In this document: in pieces, positions 9,860 to 17,795 of the stretch
Layout: each line of letters starts with the position of its first letter
How positions within the stretch are numbered: the stretch's first letter is position 1
The notes under the pieces: model-generated
Seen by the model: only the letters and a program-made list of their open reading frames with translations
Told to the model about the DNA's origin: nothing
Databases searched by the model: none
NCBI GenBank assembly: GCA_964408805.1
Contig: CAYPAV010000001.1
Location: 408,779 to 472,778 of the forward strand
Length of the DNA: 64,000 nt
Reading direction: 5' to 3'
DNA from: an uncultured Rhodospirillaceae bacterium
Lineage (GTDB): Bacteria; Pseudomonadota; Alphaproteobacteria; UBA8366
Translations under genes and position numbers: made by a program

Positions 9860-10285
9860 GGGTCTTGCTCCTGAAGTCGTCTTGATCGTGTTGCTGATAT
9901 CCGGTTCGAAGTAGCGGCCGGGATACAGCCATCGGGCAGCCGCGCTCAGGCCCGATGGCCGCCGCTAAGTCGAAGGCCGGCGCGCAACATTTCGGCGGAT
10001 ACGACACCATGGGACATCCCTCGAGCGAACCCGACTTCATCCCCGTGCAATTTCGTTTTTCGTGAATTCCCGACGATCATTTTTCGACCATCCCTTCCGA
10101 CTTTTCCTTCGATCCCAGCGCCCGGCCACCAGCCGAGCGCCCCCGACGCGGTTACTGCGCCGGGCCGGTAAGTCGAAGGCCAAGAAGCCGAATGGTGGTC
10201 AAAGTCGTCATAGCGCGCGGAGTTTAGGCGCGATTGGGTCGGGAAGGCAAGGGGCTGGCAAGAAATCAAGATTTCGGCTGGCCTG

Positions 10286-10684
10286 CTACCTCATCAAGTT
10301 TTCCATCGCCCCGAAGCTCTTCTCCATCTCGGCGCCGATGTGGAGCATGTAGAGGACGCCGCCCGCGTTCACCAAGAGCCAGACCGCGAGCCAGAGCCAG
10401 TCGGACAGCGGGCGGTCGAGGGCCGGGGTGCCCATGAATTGTTGCCGGTGGAGACGGGAGACGTGAAGCCCCATGCCGATAATGAGGAAATTTCCCCAAG
10501 TGAAGGCGGCGGCGGCGAGGAGAACCGGCTCCGTCAAGGCAACACCGCCGATCTCGTATTTGGCGTAATTGCGAAGATCGGCGAGGTGCCAGAGCAGGCC
10601 CGCGACGACAGCGGCGCCCGGGAGTCCCATCACCATCCCGCGGCGCGCCGACCACCAAAGCCGGGAGGGCCGCTCGCCCGTCAT
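10286..10684 (-). CDS. Hypothetical membrane protein (3-4 TM)
   Basis: Start re-picked at ATG 10684, which overlaps the stop of the upstream epimerase gene (ATGA). Hydrophobic helices MVMGLPGAAVVAGLLW, VLLAAAAFTWGNFLIIGMGL and WLWLAVWLLVNAGGVLYML. Confidence 0.55.
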   Translation of the reverse strand: MTGERPSRLWWSARRGMVMGLPGAAVVAGLLWHLADLRNYAKYEIGGVALTEPVLLAAAAFTWGNFLIIGMGLHVSRLHRQQFMGTPALDRPLSDWLWLAVWLLVNAGGVLYMLHIGAEMEKSFGAMENLMR

Positions 10685-11610
10685 GCGCCGGCGGTGCCGG
10701 GGCTTTGGCTCAAGAACCACTCGATATAAGCCGCGACGCCCCGCTCGATGGTCCATTCGGGGGTCCAGCCGAGGTCGCGTTCGGCGGCCGAGAGGTCGAA
10801 GCGTTCGCGTTTGTCGCGTCGGGGGTTCGAACCGAGTTCAACGAGGGCATTTGGGAAAGATTCGAAGACGAGCTCGGCGATCCGTTGCACGGCGGGCATG
10901 TCCGGACCGGCGACGTTGTAGGCGTATTGCGAGGTCGGCGGCGCGTGAACGGCGGCGGCGGTGGCCGCCACGATGTCCTCGACATAGACGAAGGGCCAGA
11001 ATTCGCCCGCCCCCCAATCGAGCTTGGTCTCGCGCCCGCTCATCGCGTCCTCGATCATGGTGCGGATGGCACAGTCGGTGGTCCGGCGGGGGCCATAGAC
11101 CGAGGAATAGCGAAGGCCGATGGCGTCCAGCCCGTATTCCGCGCGGTAGGCCATCAGCACGAGATCGGAGGCCGCCTTGGTGGCGCCGTAGAGCGTGGTT
11201 GGCCGGAAGGGCGTATCCTCTCGCACGGGCGAATCCGGGGTGACGCCATAGGCCGAGCCGGACGAGCAATAGACGAAGCGGGCGACGCCCGTGCGATAGG
11301 CGGCCTCCGCCAGGTCGAGGGTCGACACGAGATTCGTGCCGGTAATCAGGTGAGGTGCGTCGTTCGCCAGCATCGGCCCCGAGATGCCGCCCGCATGGAC
11401 GATTCTCCCGATCTCGTGTTCCTGGAGGAGGGCCAGCATCGCCGCGTAATCGCCGAAGCCTTCGCCGATATGGGTTACGCCATCGATCGCCGCCGGCGGG
11501 TCCGCGGGATCGAGCCCAACGACCCGGTCGCCCCGCGCCGCCAGCAGCTTGCTCAAGGGATATCCGACAAGGCCGCTCGCACCGGTGATCAGGATGGTTT
11601 CGGAGGGCAT
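10681..11610 (-). CDS. NAD-dependent epimerase/dehydratase family (extended SDR) protein
   Basis: 309 aa with N-terminal Rossmann ILITGASGLVG and catalytic YGATKAASD (YxxxK). Confidence 0.85.
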   Translation of the reverse strand: MPSETILITGASGLVGYPLSKLLAARGDRVVGLDPADPPAAIDGVTHIGEGFGDYAAMLALLQEHEIGRIVHAGGISGPMLANDAPHLITGTNLVSTLDLAEAAYRTGVARFVYCSSGSAYGVTPDSPVREDTPFRPTTLYGATKAASDLVLMAYRAEYGLDAIGLRYSSVYGPRRTTDCAIRTMIEDAMSGRETKLDWGAGEFWPFVYVEDIVAATAAAVHAPPTSQYAYNVAGPDMPAVQRIAELVFESFPNALVELGSNPRRDKRERFDLSAAERDLGWTPEWTIERGVAAYIEWFLSQSPGTAGA

Positions 11611-11631
11611 GGTGTCTGTCCTTTCTTGGTC

Positions 11632-11698
11632 ATTCCCGCGAAGGCGGGAATCCAGAATCGAACCGTTCGCGCAACCTGGACCCCCGCCGTCGCGGGGG
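11632..11698. repeat. Paired GC-rich hairpins resembling a REP/MITE-like intergenic repeat
   Basis: ATTCCCGC-GAAG-GCGGGAAT (11632-11651) and CCCCCGC-CGTC-GCGGGGG (11681-11698) in the ubiD/epimerase gap. Translated they give the IPAKAGI / AFAGMT peptides typical of spurious ORFs over such repeats in other proteobacteria. Only one copy occurs in this window. Confidence 0.45.
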
Positions 11699-11710
11699 TG
11701 ACGACAAATG

Positions 11711-13225
11711 TCACTTCCAAATACTCTTGCCGCCGCCGGGCAAGCCGAGGTCCGACCACATCGCGTCGACCTTCTCGATCACGTCTTCGGTCATGGCGAG
11801 CTTTTCGCCCCAGGCGCGGCTGACCTCGGGCGGCCATTTATTGGTGGCGTCGAGACCGATTTTGGAGCCGAGGCCCGGTTCCGGACTGGCGAAATCGAGG
11901 GTGTCGATCGGCGTGCCCTCGACGAGCGTGATGTCGCGCGCCGGGTCCATCCGGGTCGAGATCGCCCAGACGACGTCGGTCCATTTACGGGCGTCGATGT
12001 CGTCGTCGACCACGATGACCCATTTCGTATAGGTGAACTGCCGGAGATAGGACCAGACCCCCATCATGATCCGCTTGGCGTGCCCCGGATAGGCCTTCTT
12101 TATCGAGACCACCGCGACCCGGTAGGAGCAGGCCTCGGGCGGCAGCCAGAAATCGACGATCTCGGGGAATTGTTGCTGAAAGAGCGGAATGAAGACCTCG
12201 TTCAGCGCCTCGCCGAGGATCGAGGGCTCGTCCGGCGGGCGGCCGGTATAGGTCGAGAGATAGATGGGGTCGCGGCGCATGGTGACGGCGTCGATGGTGA
12301 AAACGGGAAAATCATCGACCGCGTTGAAATAACCGGTGTGGTCGCCATAGGGTCCTTCCCGGCCCGTCTCGGTCAGGGAGACATGGCCCTCGAGCACGAT
12401 CTCGGCCGCCGCCGGCACCTTGAGCGGGATCGTCTTGCAATCGACGAGATCGAGCCGACGTCCCCGCAGCAGCCCGGCGAACTGATATTCCGACAGCGTA
12501 TCCGGCACCGGCGTCACGGCGGCGAGCAAGGTGCCGGGATCGGCGCCGATGACAATGGCGGCCGGCAGCGGTTCCGGTGTCTCATCCTTCCAGCGGGCGA
12601 AATGCTGGGCGCCGCCGCGATGCTTCAGCCAGCGCATCAAGGTCGTGTTCCGCCCCGTCACCTGCATCCGGTAAATACCGAGATTGAAGGCGTCGGCCTT
12701 TCGGCCCTCGGGGTCGGGCCCCCGCGTCACCACGAGCGGCCAGGTGATGAGCGGCGCCGGCTCACCGGGCCAGCAGGTCTGGATCGGCAGTTTGGCGAGG
12801 TCGATCTCGTCGCCCGTCAACACGATTTCCTGGCAGGGAGCGCGGGACACCGATTTCGGCTTCATCGCCATTACGGTCTTCAACAGCGGCAATTGCCCGA
12901 GCGCGTCGCGGATCCCGCCCGGCGGCTCCGGCTGGCGGAGATAGGCCAACGTCTTGCCGACCTCGCGGAGTTGGTCCGGCTCCCGGTCCATGCCCCAGGC
13001 GACCCGCTCCACCGTTCCAAACAGATTGACCAGTACCGACATGCCGTAGGGCGCGCCCGTCTCGGTGACGACGTTCTCGAACAGGATGGCGGGGCCGCCC
13101 TCGGCGATCACCCGGGTCTGGATCTCGGTCATCTCCAGCGCCGGCGAGACCGGATGCGAGACGCGCACCAGCCGGCCCTCGCGGTCCAGCCGCTCGATGA
13201 AGTCGCGCAAGGAGTCGTAGGGCAT
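11711..13225 (-). CDS. ubiD: UbiD family decarboxylase (4-hydroxy-3-polyprenylbenzoate decarboxylase-like)
   Basis: 504 aa with N-terminus [22 protein letters not shown] and overall length and blocks typical of UbiD. No ubiX is adjacent. Confidence 0.88.
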   Translation of the reverse strand: MPYDSLRDFIERLDREGRLVRVSHPVSPALEMTEIQTRVIAEGGPAILFENVVTETGAPYGMSVLVNLFGTVERVAWGMDREPDQLREVGKTLAYLRQPEPPGGIRDALGQLPLLKTVMAMKPKSVSRAPCQEIVLTGDEIDLAKLPIQTCWPGEPAPLITWPLVVTRGPDPEGRKADAFNLGIYRMQVTGRNTTLMRWLKHRGGAQHFARWKDETPEPLPAAIVIGADPGTLLAAVTPVPDTLSEYQFAGLLRGRRLDLVDCKTIPLKVPAAAEIVLEGHVSLTETGREGPYGDHTGYFNAVDDFPVFTIDAVTMRRDPIYLSTYTGRPPDEPSILGEALNEVFIPLFQQQFPEIVDFWLPPEACSYRVAVVSIKKAYPGHAKRIMMGVWSYLRQFTYTKWVIVVDDDIDARKWTDVVWAISTRMDPARDITLVEGTPIDTLDFASPEPGLGSKIGLDATNKWPPEVSRAWGEKLAMTEDVIEKVDAMWSDLGLPGGGKSIWK

Positions 13226-13269
13226 GGGGCTAGCCTAGCGGTCGGGGCGGGATTGGCAACCAAGGGCGC

Positions 13270-14715
13270 TCACGGCTCGACCACCGGCTGGGCCAGAATC
13301 CACAGGCTGACCATGGTGTAGGCGACCATCAGCACCAGCATCGGGATCTGGCTGAGCAGGGCCGCCCGTACCGTCCGGTAAACCGAAAAGGCGATCCGGT
13401 GGGCGAGGTAGACGGCGGCGATATGACCCAGAACGACGGCGACCACGGCCGTGTACCAAACCATCTTGGCGCTTACGAGCTCGAGGCGGATCCGGTAGAG
13501 CTTGGTCTCGAAAAGGTCCCAGCCGAAGCCGAACGGATCGGAGGCCAGCGGAATCACCAGCTGGCCCGCGACCAGCAATAGCGACATGTAATGCGCCAGG
13601 TGATAGGCGATCGCGATCGGCACCAGGGTGAGCACGAAACGCCGCGCGGTCTCGCCGATCTCGGGCCCTTCACCGGCGCAGAGTCGCATCAGCGCCGCGA
13701 AACCGAGATAGACGCCGAGAAACAGGACGGGAAAAACTATAAGGCCGATTGTCGTCACCAGGGCCGGGATGTTCAGGCCGGCCTGGTGGAGCGGGAAGAG
13801 GACCGGGTGGAGAGTCTTCGACTCAAGCGCCAGATCCATGATGTCGACCCAGAGCGGCGTCTCCCGGAACCCGTCGAAGGTCACCGTCGCCAGGATCAGC
13901 AGCACGAAGCCCATCAGCGACGGCGATACCGGATCCTGGCTCAATAGCCCAACCGCCGGCGGGCGGAGCTCAAGGCGTCCGCGTCCCGTCTCTTCCCGGC
14001 GGTGGGCGAAGGGGGCAAAGCGCGCCAGAAGACCGAAGACTTGCTGAAACGCCTCGCCATGAGCGAGCCAGGTCTCGCGCCCCCAAACTAACATGCCGGC
14101 CCAGGCGATCACCGCATAGGTCAGGACCAGAAGCGAGAGCGTCCGCGGCGTCTCGCCGCCGAGCCAGACGATTTCCGTCCAAGCGAAGAGGAAGAAGAAC
14201 CCGGCCGCGGGCCAGACGCCGAGGCGGCTTGGCCAGGGCCGTTCGCCCCCGAGGCCGGGAACCAACGCTTCGCCCCATCGGAACAGGGTCGCGATCGGAT
14301 TGACCAGCCGCCAGAGATCGCCGAGAAGCGCCGAGAGATAGGCGAAGCCGATCCACCAGAGCACCCAAACCAGGGTCGGCGCGATGTTCTTGAACTGGTT
14401 CTGGATGCCGATGAAGCCGGCGACGATGACGAGGATAAAGACCGCGACCGCGATCAGCCGGAGCAGCAACAGAAGTGCTGGATGGCTGACAAGGCGACCC
14501 ACGGCGCCGGTGATGAAATCTAACCGGGGATAGGCAAGGCTCTTGTCGCGAACCGAGAGCGCCACCACCGCGAAGGAAACGGCGACGGCGGCCCCCGCCC
14601 CCCATAGGAAGAGCGACAGCGGCAGCGGCAGGTCATAACGCTGGCCGAACGCATGGGCCAGCACCGGGCCGGCCCAAAGGATCGCGATCAGCGCGATGGC
14701 GAGCCGGTATGCCAT
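13270..14715 (-). CDS. Polytopic membrane protein of unknown function with a cleavable signal peptide (predicted mature N-terminus His)
   Basis: 481 aa with ~12 hydrophobic segments. N-terminus MAYRLAIALIAILWAGPVLA|HAFGQRYDLPLPL. Starts 2 nt after the stop of the cupredoxin-like gene. Confidence 0.7.
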   Translation of the reverse strand: MAYRLAIALIAILWAGPVLAHAFGQRYDLPLPLSLFLWGAGAAVAVSFAVVALSVRDKSLAYPRLDFITGAVGRLVSHPALLLLLRLIAVAVFILVIVAGFIGIQNQFKNIAPTLVWVLWWIGFAYLSALLGDLWRLVNPIATLFRWGEALVPGLGGERPWPSRLGVWPAAGFFFLFAWTEIVWLGGETPRTLSLLVLTYAVIAWAGMLVWGRETWLAHGEAFQQVFGLLARFAPFAHRREETGRGRLELRPPAVGLLSQDPVSPSLMGFVLLILATVTFDGFRETPLWVDIMDLALESKTLHPVLFPLHQAGLNIPALVTTIGLIVFPVLFLGVYLGFAALMRLCAGEGPEIGETARRFVLTLVPIAIAYHLAHYMSLLLVAGQLVIPLASDPFGFGWDLFETKLYRIRLELVSAKMVWYTAVVAVVLGHIAAVYLAHRIAFSVYRTVRAALLSQIPMLVLMVAYTMVSLWILAQPVVEP

Positions 14716-14717
14716 GC

Positions 14718-15125
14718 CTAATCCGGATGGACCTCTATATAGAAGAGCGTTCTATGATGACCGTGTCCCTTGCCCTTGCCGTGGCGGGTCACCGGGAAGC
14801 GCCCGACGAGGTCGGCGGCGATGGAGAGCGTCGCGGCGGCGCCCGGGGTCACGTTCAATCGGCGGTCATAACCGTGAAGATGAAGCTCGGCCGATTTGTC
14901 GCTGGTCACGGTGAGCCGGACATCGTCGCCCTTCCGGACCCGAATCGTGCGCTGCCGCCGATCGACCTTGCCGCCCTTGATGGCGATCGTGAAGGATTTC
15001 GTCTCGGCCGCCGAGGAGGCGCGCGCAAGGCAAAGGACCGCGCCGGCAAGCAATCCGCCGCAAAAACCTCGGCGGGCGGCCAACATGCCTCCCGAAGGGA
15101 ATCGAATGTTTTTCACGTAGGTCAT
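14718..15125 (-). CDS. Secreted cupredoxin-like (EfeO N-domain-like) His-rich protein
   Basis: 135 aa with a signal peptide (LLAGAVLCLARASSA|AE), beta-strand-rich body with IRVRKGDDVRLTVTSDKSAELHLHGYD, and C-terminal HGKGKGHGHHRT. The fold call is from pattern memory only. Confidence 0.55.
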   Translation of the reverse strand: MTYVKNIRFPSGGMLAARRGFCGGLLAGAVLCLARASSAAETKSFTIAIKGGKVDRRQRTIRVRKGDDVRLTVTSDKSAELHLHGYDRRLNVTPGAAATLSIAADLVGRFPVTRHGKGKGHGHHRTLFYIEVHPD

Positions 15126-15181
15126 TTCACTATACTTATCATGAAGAAACAGGAATTCACGCGGAACAAGGGAGGGAACCC

Positions 15182-16363
15182 ATGATATTCGGTAGAATTT
15201 TAATCGTTGGCGCGACCGCGGCGGCTTTGCTGCTGCCCGGCCTGGCCGCGGGCGAGATCCTCGCGATGTTCAATTACGAGAGCAAGCCGGAACAAAGTCT
15301 CAAGAAACTGAAAATGTCGGGTACTGGCGCCCGGCGCGAGGGCATCGCGATCGTGGATGTCGATCCCAAATCACCGAACTACGGTAAACTGCTGGTCGAC
15401 ATGCCGCTGCCGAACGACAGCGTCGCGCATCACATTTTCTATAACAAGGACAACTCCAAGGGCTATGTGACGTCGCTCGGCAAAACGCGCATCTACGTCA
15501 TCGACCTGAAACAGAACCCCTTCCGGATCAAGCAGGTCGAGGTTCCGCAATGCAAGGTCGGCGAGGATGTCGTCTTCTCCCAGGACAACAAGACCTGGTA
15601 TCTGACCTGTATGGGCTCGGGCAATGTGGTCTACGGCGATGCCGTGAACGACACGGTCACCGGCGAGATCAAGCTGCCGGTCAAATACCCCCACGGTATC
15701 CATATCCATGAGGGAATCGACCGGATGCTGGTTACCGATACGGTTCGCGCCAGCGACCTCGGGGACGCAGGTGATACCATCGGCGTCATCGAGCTTAGCA
15801 CGGGCAAGTCGCTGGGGACGATCAAGGTCTCGAACAAGCCCTCGCCGGCCGGCGAGGCGCCGGTCGAGGTACTGTTCAAGGCGGGGTCGAATCCGCCGCT
15901 CGCCTATGTCACCAACATGTTCGGCGGACATCTTTGGTATCTTCAATGGAATGCCGCCAAGAAGACATTCGACAGCGGGATGGCGTTCGATTTCAACAAG
16001 ATCAAGGCGGGTGTTCCGCTCGAAATCTATTTCAATCGCAAAGGCGATCGGATGTACATCACCACGGCGAAGCCGGGGAAATTCCACATTTTCGACGTCA
16101 GTGGTGATCTTCGGAAACCGAAGCTGCTGAAGACCATCGAGGCGGACGAGGGCGCGCATCACGTCAGCATCACGCCGGACGAGAAGCTGGCCTGGGTGCA
16201 GAACAGCCTCATGAACTTGCCCGGCATGAGTTCGGGCACGGTGACGGTGATCGATCTCGAGAACCAGAAGCGGATCGGCGAACTCGACACCTTTTCGAAG
16301 CTCGGCTTGAATCTGAACCTGATCGTGCTGCTGCCGAAATGGTATCATCCGATCGGGCATTGA
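15182..16363 (+). CDS. Secreted beta-propeller protein, selenium-binding-protein (SBP56)/methanethiol-oxidase-like
   Basis: 393 aa with Sec signal MIFGRILIVGATAAALLLPGLAA|GE. Blocks IAIVDVDPKSPNYGKLLVDMPLP, TRIYVIDL, HLWYLQW, VPLEIYF and GDRMYITT...FHIFDVSG resemble SELENBP1 blocks recalled from memory. GGGAGGGA SD before the ATG. Confidence 0.55.
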   Translation: MIFGRILIVGATAAALLLPGLAAGEILAMFNYESKPEQSLKKLKMSGTGARREGIAIVDVDPKSPNYGKLLVDMPLPNDSVAHHIFYNKDNSKGYVTSLGKTRIYVIDLKQNPFRIKQVEVPQCKVGEDVVFSQDNKTWYLTCMGSGNVVYGDAVNDTVTGEIKLPVKYPHGIHIHEGIDRMLVTDTVRASDLGDAGDTIGVIELSTGKSLGTIKVSNKPSPAGEAPVEVLFKAGSNPPLAYVTNMFGGHLWYLQWNAAKKTFDSGMAFDFNKIKAGVPLEIYFNRKGDRMYITTAKPGKFHIFDVSGDLRKPKLLKTIEADEGAHHVSITPDEKLAWVQNSLMNLPGMSSGTVTVIDLENQKRIGELDTFSKLGLNLNLIVLLPKWYHPIGH

Positions 16364-16428
16364 TCCGAAATTTTCGGCGTTACACCGGGGCTGGGAATAT
16401 TCCCGGCCCGTCCATTCTTGAGGGCGCC

Positions 16429-17133
16429 ATGACCGATACGGCGGCGAAACTCGCCCGTGCACGGGACTATCCCTACCCCTATCCAGGCCGATCCTATACC
16501 TGGCGGTCGGGCCGGGTGGACGCGTTCGACCGCAATGAAATCCGGGACCGGACGGCTGTTCTGGCGGTCGGCTCGAACCGCGCGCCCGATCAGTTGAGCC
16601 GTAAATATTTCGGCAAGACCGACTCTCCCATTCCGGTCGAGCATGTTCGGCTCCGAGATTTCGACATCGTCTACGCGGCTCATCTGACGCGATACGGCGC
16701 CGTGCCGGCGATGCTGCAGCATGCCCCGGGCACGATCGTCGAGACCGCCGTCACCTGGCTCGACGGCGCACAGCTCGAGATTATGCATTTGACCGAAGGC
16801 GGTTATCACTACGCGGCGATCGAGGATATCGATCTCACATTCGATGACGGTGAAGAGGCCCGCTCGGTGCATCTCTATGTCGGTCGGGAAGGCCATCTGG
16901 TGCACGACGACGCGCCGGTTCCCCTGGCGGAGATCGCGGCCGAGAGACGAATTCAGCCCGCGCGGTCGACCGCCGAGGTCCTGAATCTCGTTCGTCGGCG
17001 CGTGGCGCCCGAGACCGATGGCGAGAGCTTTATCCTGCGGCTGATCGACGACGAAACCTATCGCCGGGGGCATACGGCGAGGATCGCCGCGGACGCCGTG
17101 CCCTTCGGTTATGGCTATGAATTGAAGGCTTAA
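16429..17133 (+). CDS. Hypothetical protein, possibly gamma-glutamylcyclotransferase-like fold
   Basis: Start moved to ATG 16429 (MTDTAAKL), since the upstream part of the ORF overlaps the preceding gene end. VLAVGSNRAPDQLSRKY resembles the YGSNL motif and MHLTEGGYHY resembles the catalytic-Glu block of GGCT-like proteins. The product call is weak. Confidence 0.4.
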   Translation: MTDTAAKLARARDYPYPYPGRSYTWRSGRVDAFDRNEIRDRTAVLAVGSNRAPDQLSRKYFGKTDSPIPVEHVRLRDFDIVYAAHLTRYGAVPAMLQHAPGTIVETAVTWLDGAQLEIMHLTEGGYHYAAIEDIDLTFDDGEEARSVHLYVGREGHLVHDDAPVPLAEIAAERRIQPARSTAEVLNLVRRRVAPETDGESFILRLIDDETYRRGHTARIAADAVPFGYGYELKA

Positions 17134-17675
17134 CGAATGTCGGGGAAATAGCGGGCCCGGGCCTCGGCCATGCGGCGGGCGCGGCGAAGACGATGCTTCC
17201 GCACGAAGGCGAGGCTCCAGACGAAACTGGCCCAACCGCAGAGAGCGGCCCAGGGCAGGCAACCGACCAGCATGCCGACACCCCAATCAGTAACGATGAT
17301 ATCGGCCCACTCGCCGAGTGAGTCCCAGAACCCCACCGTTGGATCGAGCACCACGTCCCAGAGCGCCACGAAACCGTTGTAGCCACTCACATCGTCGAAG
17401 CGCGCCAGCATCAATTGGCCCGTGACATAGAAAAGGTAGTAGATCGGCAACATGGTGAAAACGTTGGTGAGCCAGGTCCACGCCAACCCGTTGATCAGGC
17501 TGAAATCCCAACGAAACAACCGCCTTGCGACAACCCAGACCGCGAAAACGATCGCCATCTGAATGCCGACGGTGGGCATCATCGCGCAGACGACGCCGAC
17601 CATGACGCCCCGGGCGGTGTGCTCGGGCGTGTGGCGGCTACGCTTCAGGGGCACGAGCAGCTGGTATCGGATCAA
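17130..17675 (-). CDS. DUF2062 family membrane protein
   Basis: 181 aa. HTPEHTARGVMVGVVCAMMPTVGIQMAIVF followed by further TM helices matches the DUF2062 pattern. Its stop overlaps the convergent gene's stop (TTAA at 17130-17133). Confidence 0.7.
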   Translation of the reverse strand: MIRYQLLVPLKRSRHTPEHTARGVMVGVVCAMMPTVGIQMAIVFAVWVVARRLFRWDFSLINGLAWTWLTNVFTMLPIYYLFYVTGQLMLARFDDVSGYNGFVALWDVVLDPTVGFWDSLGEWADIIVTDWGVGMLVGCLPWAALCGWASFVWSLAFVRKHRLRRARRMAEARARYFPDIR

Positions 17676-17795
17676 CCGGCCGACCCGTGTCCAAGGACCG
17701 ATGTCGCTATGTCGTGTCAGCGGGCGCTCCCATGGTTCAAGGCGGTCGGAGTTTCGGTCGCGCGCGGCCGCTTTTCAAGTCGCGATTGGCGGGCA

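Noticed and set aside
9946-10269. 107-aa ORF in the leuA upstream gap, considered as a gene or leucine leader peptide
   Set aside because: No SD, no hydrophobic or domain pattern, and no run of Leu codons. The region is treated as non-coding leader (see the leuA leader finding).
11708-13321. 537-aa ORF antisense to ubiD
   Set aside because: Arg/Gly/Asp-rich mirror-frame product with no recognisable motif. ubiD on the minus strand is clearly the real gene.
15126-16363. Lower-GC stretch considered as a horizontally acquired island
   Set aside because: There are no flanking repeats, tRNA, integrase or transposase. The cox membrane-protein genes show a similar GC dip, so composition alone does not justify an island call. 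It is mentioned only as a side note in the SBP56-like finding.
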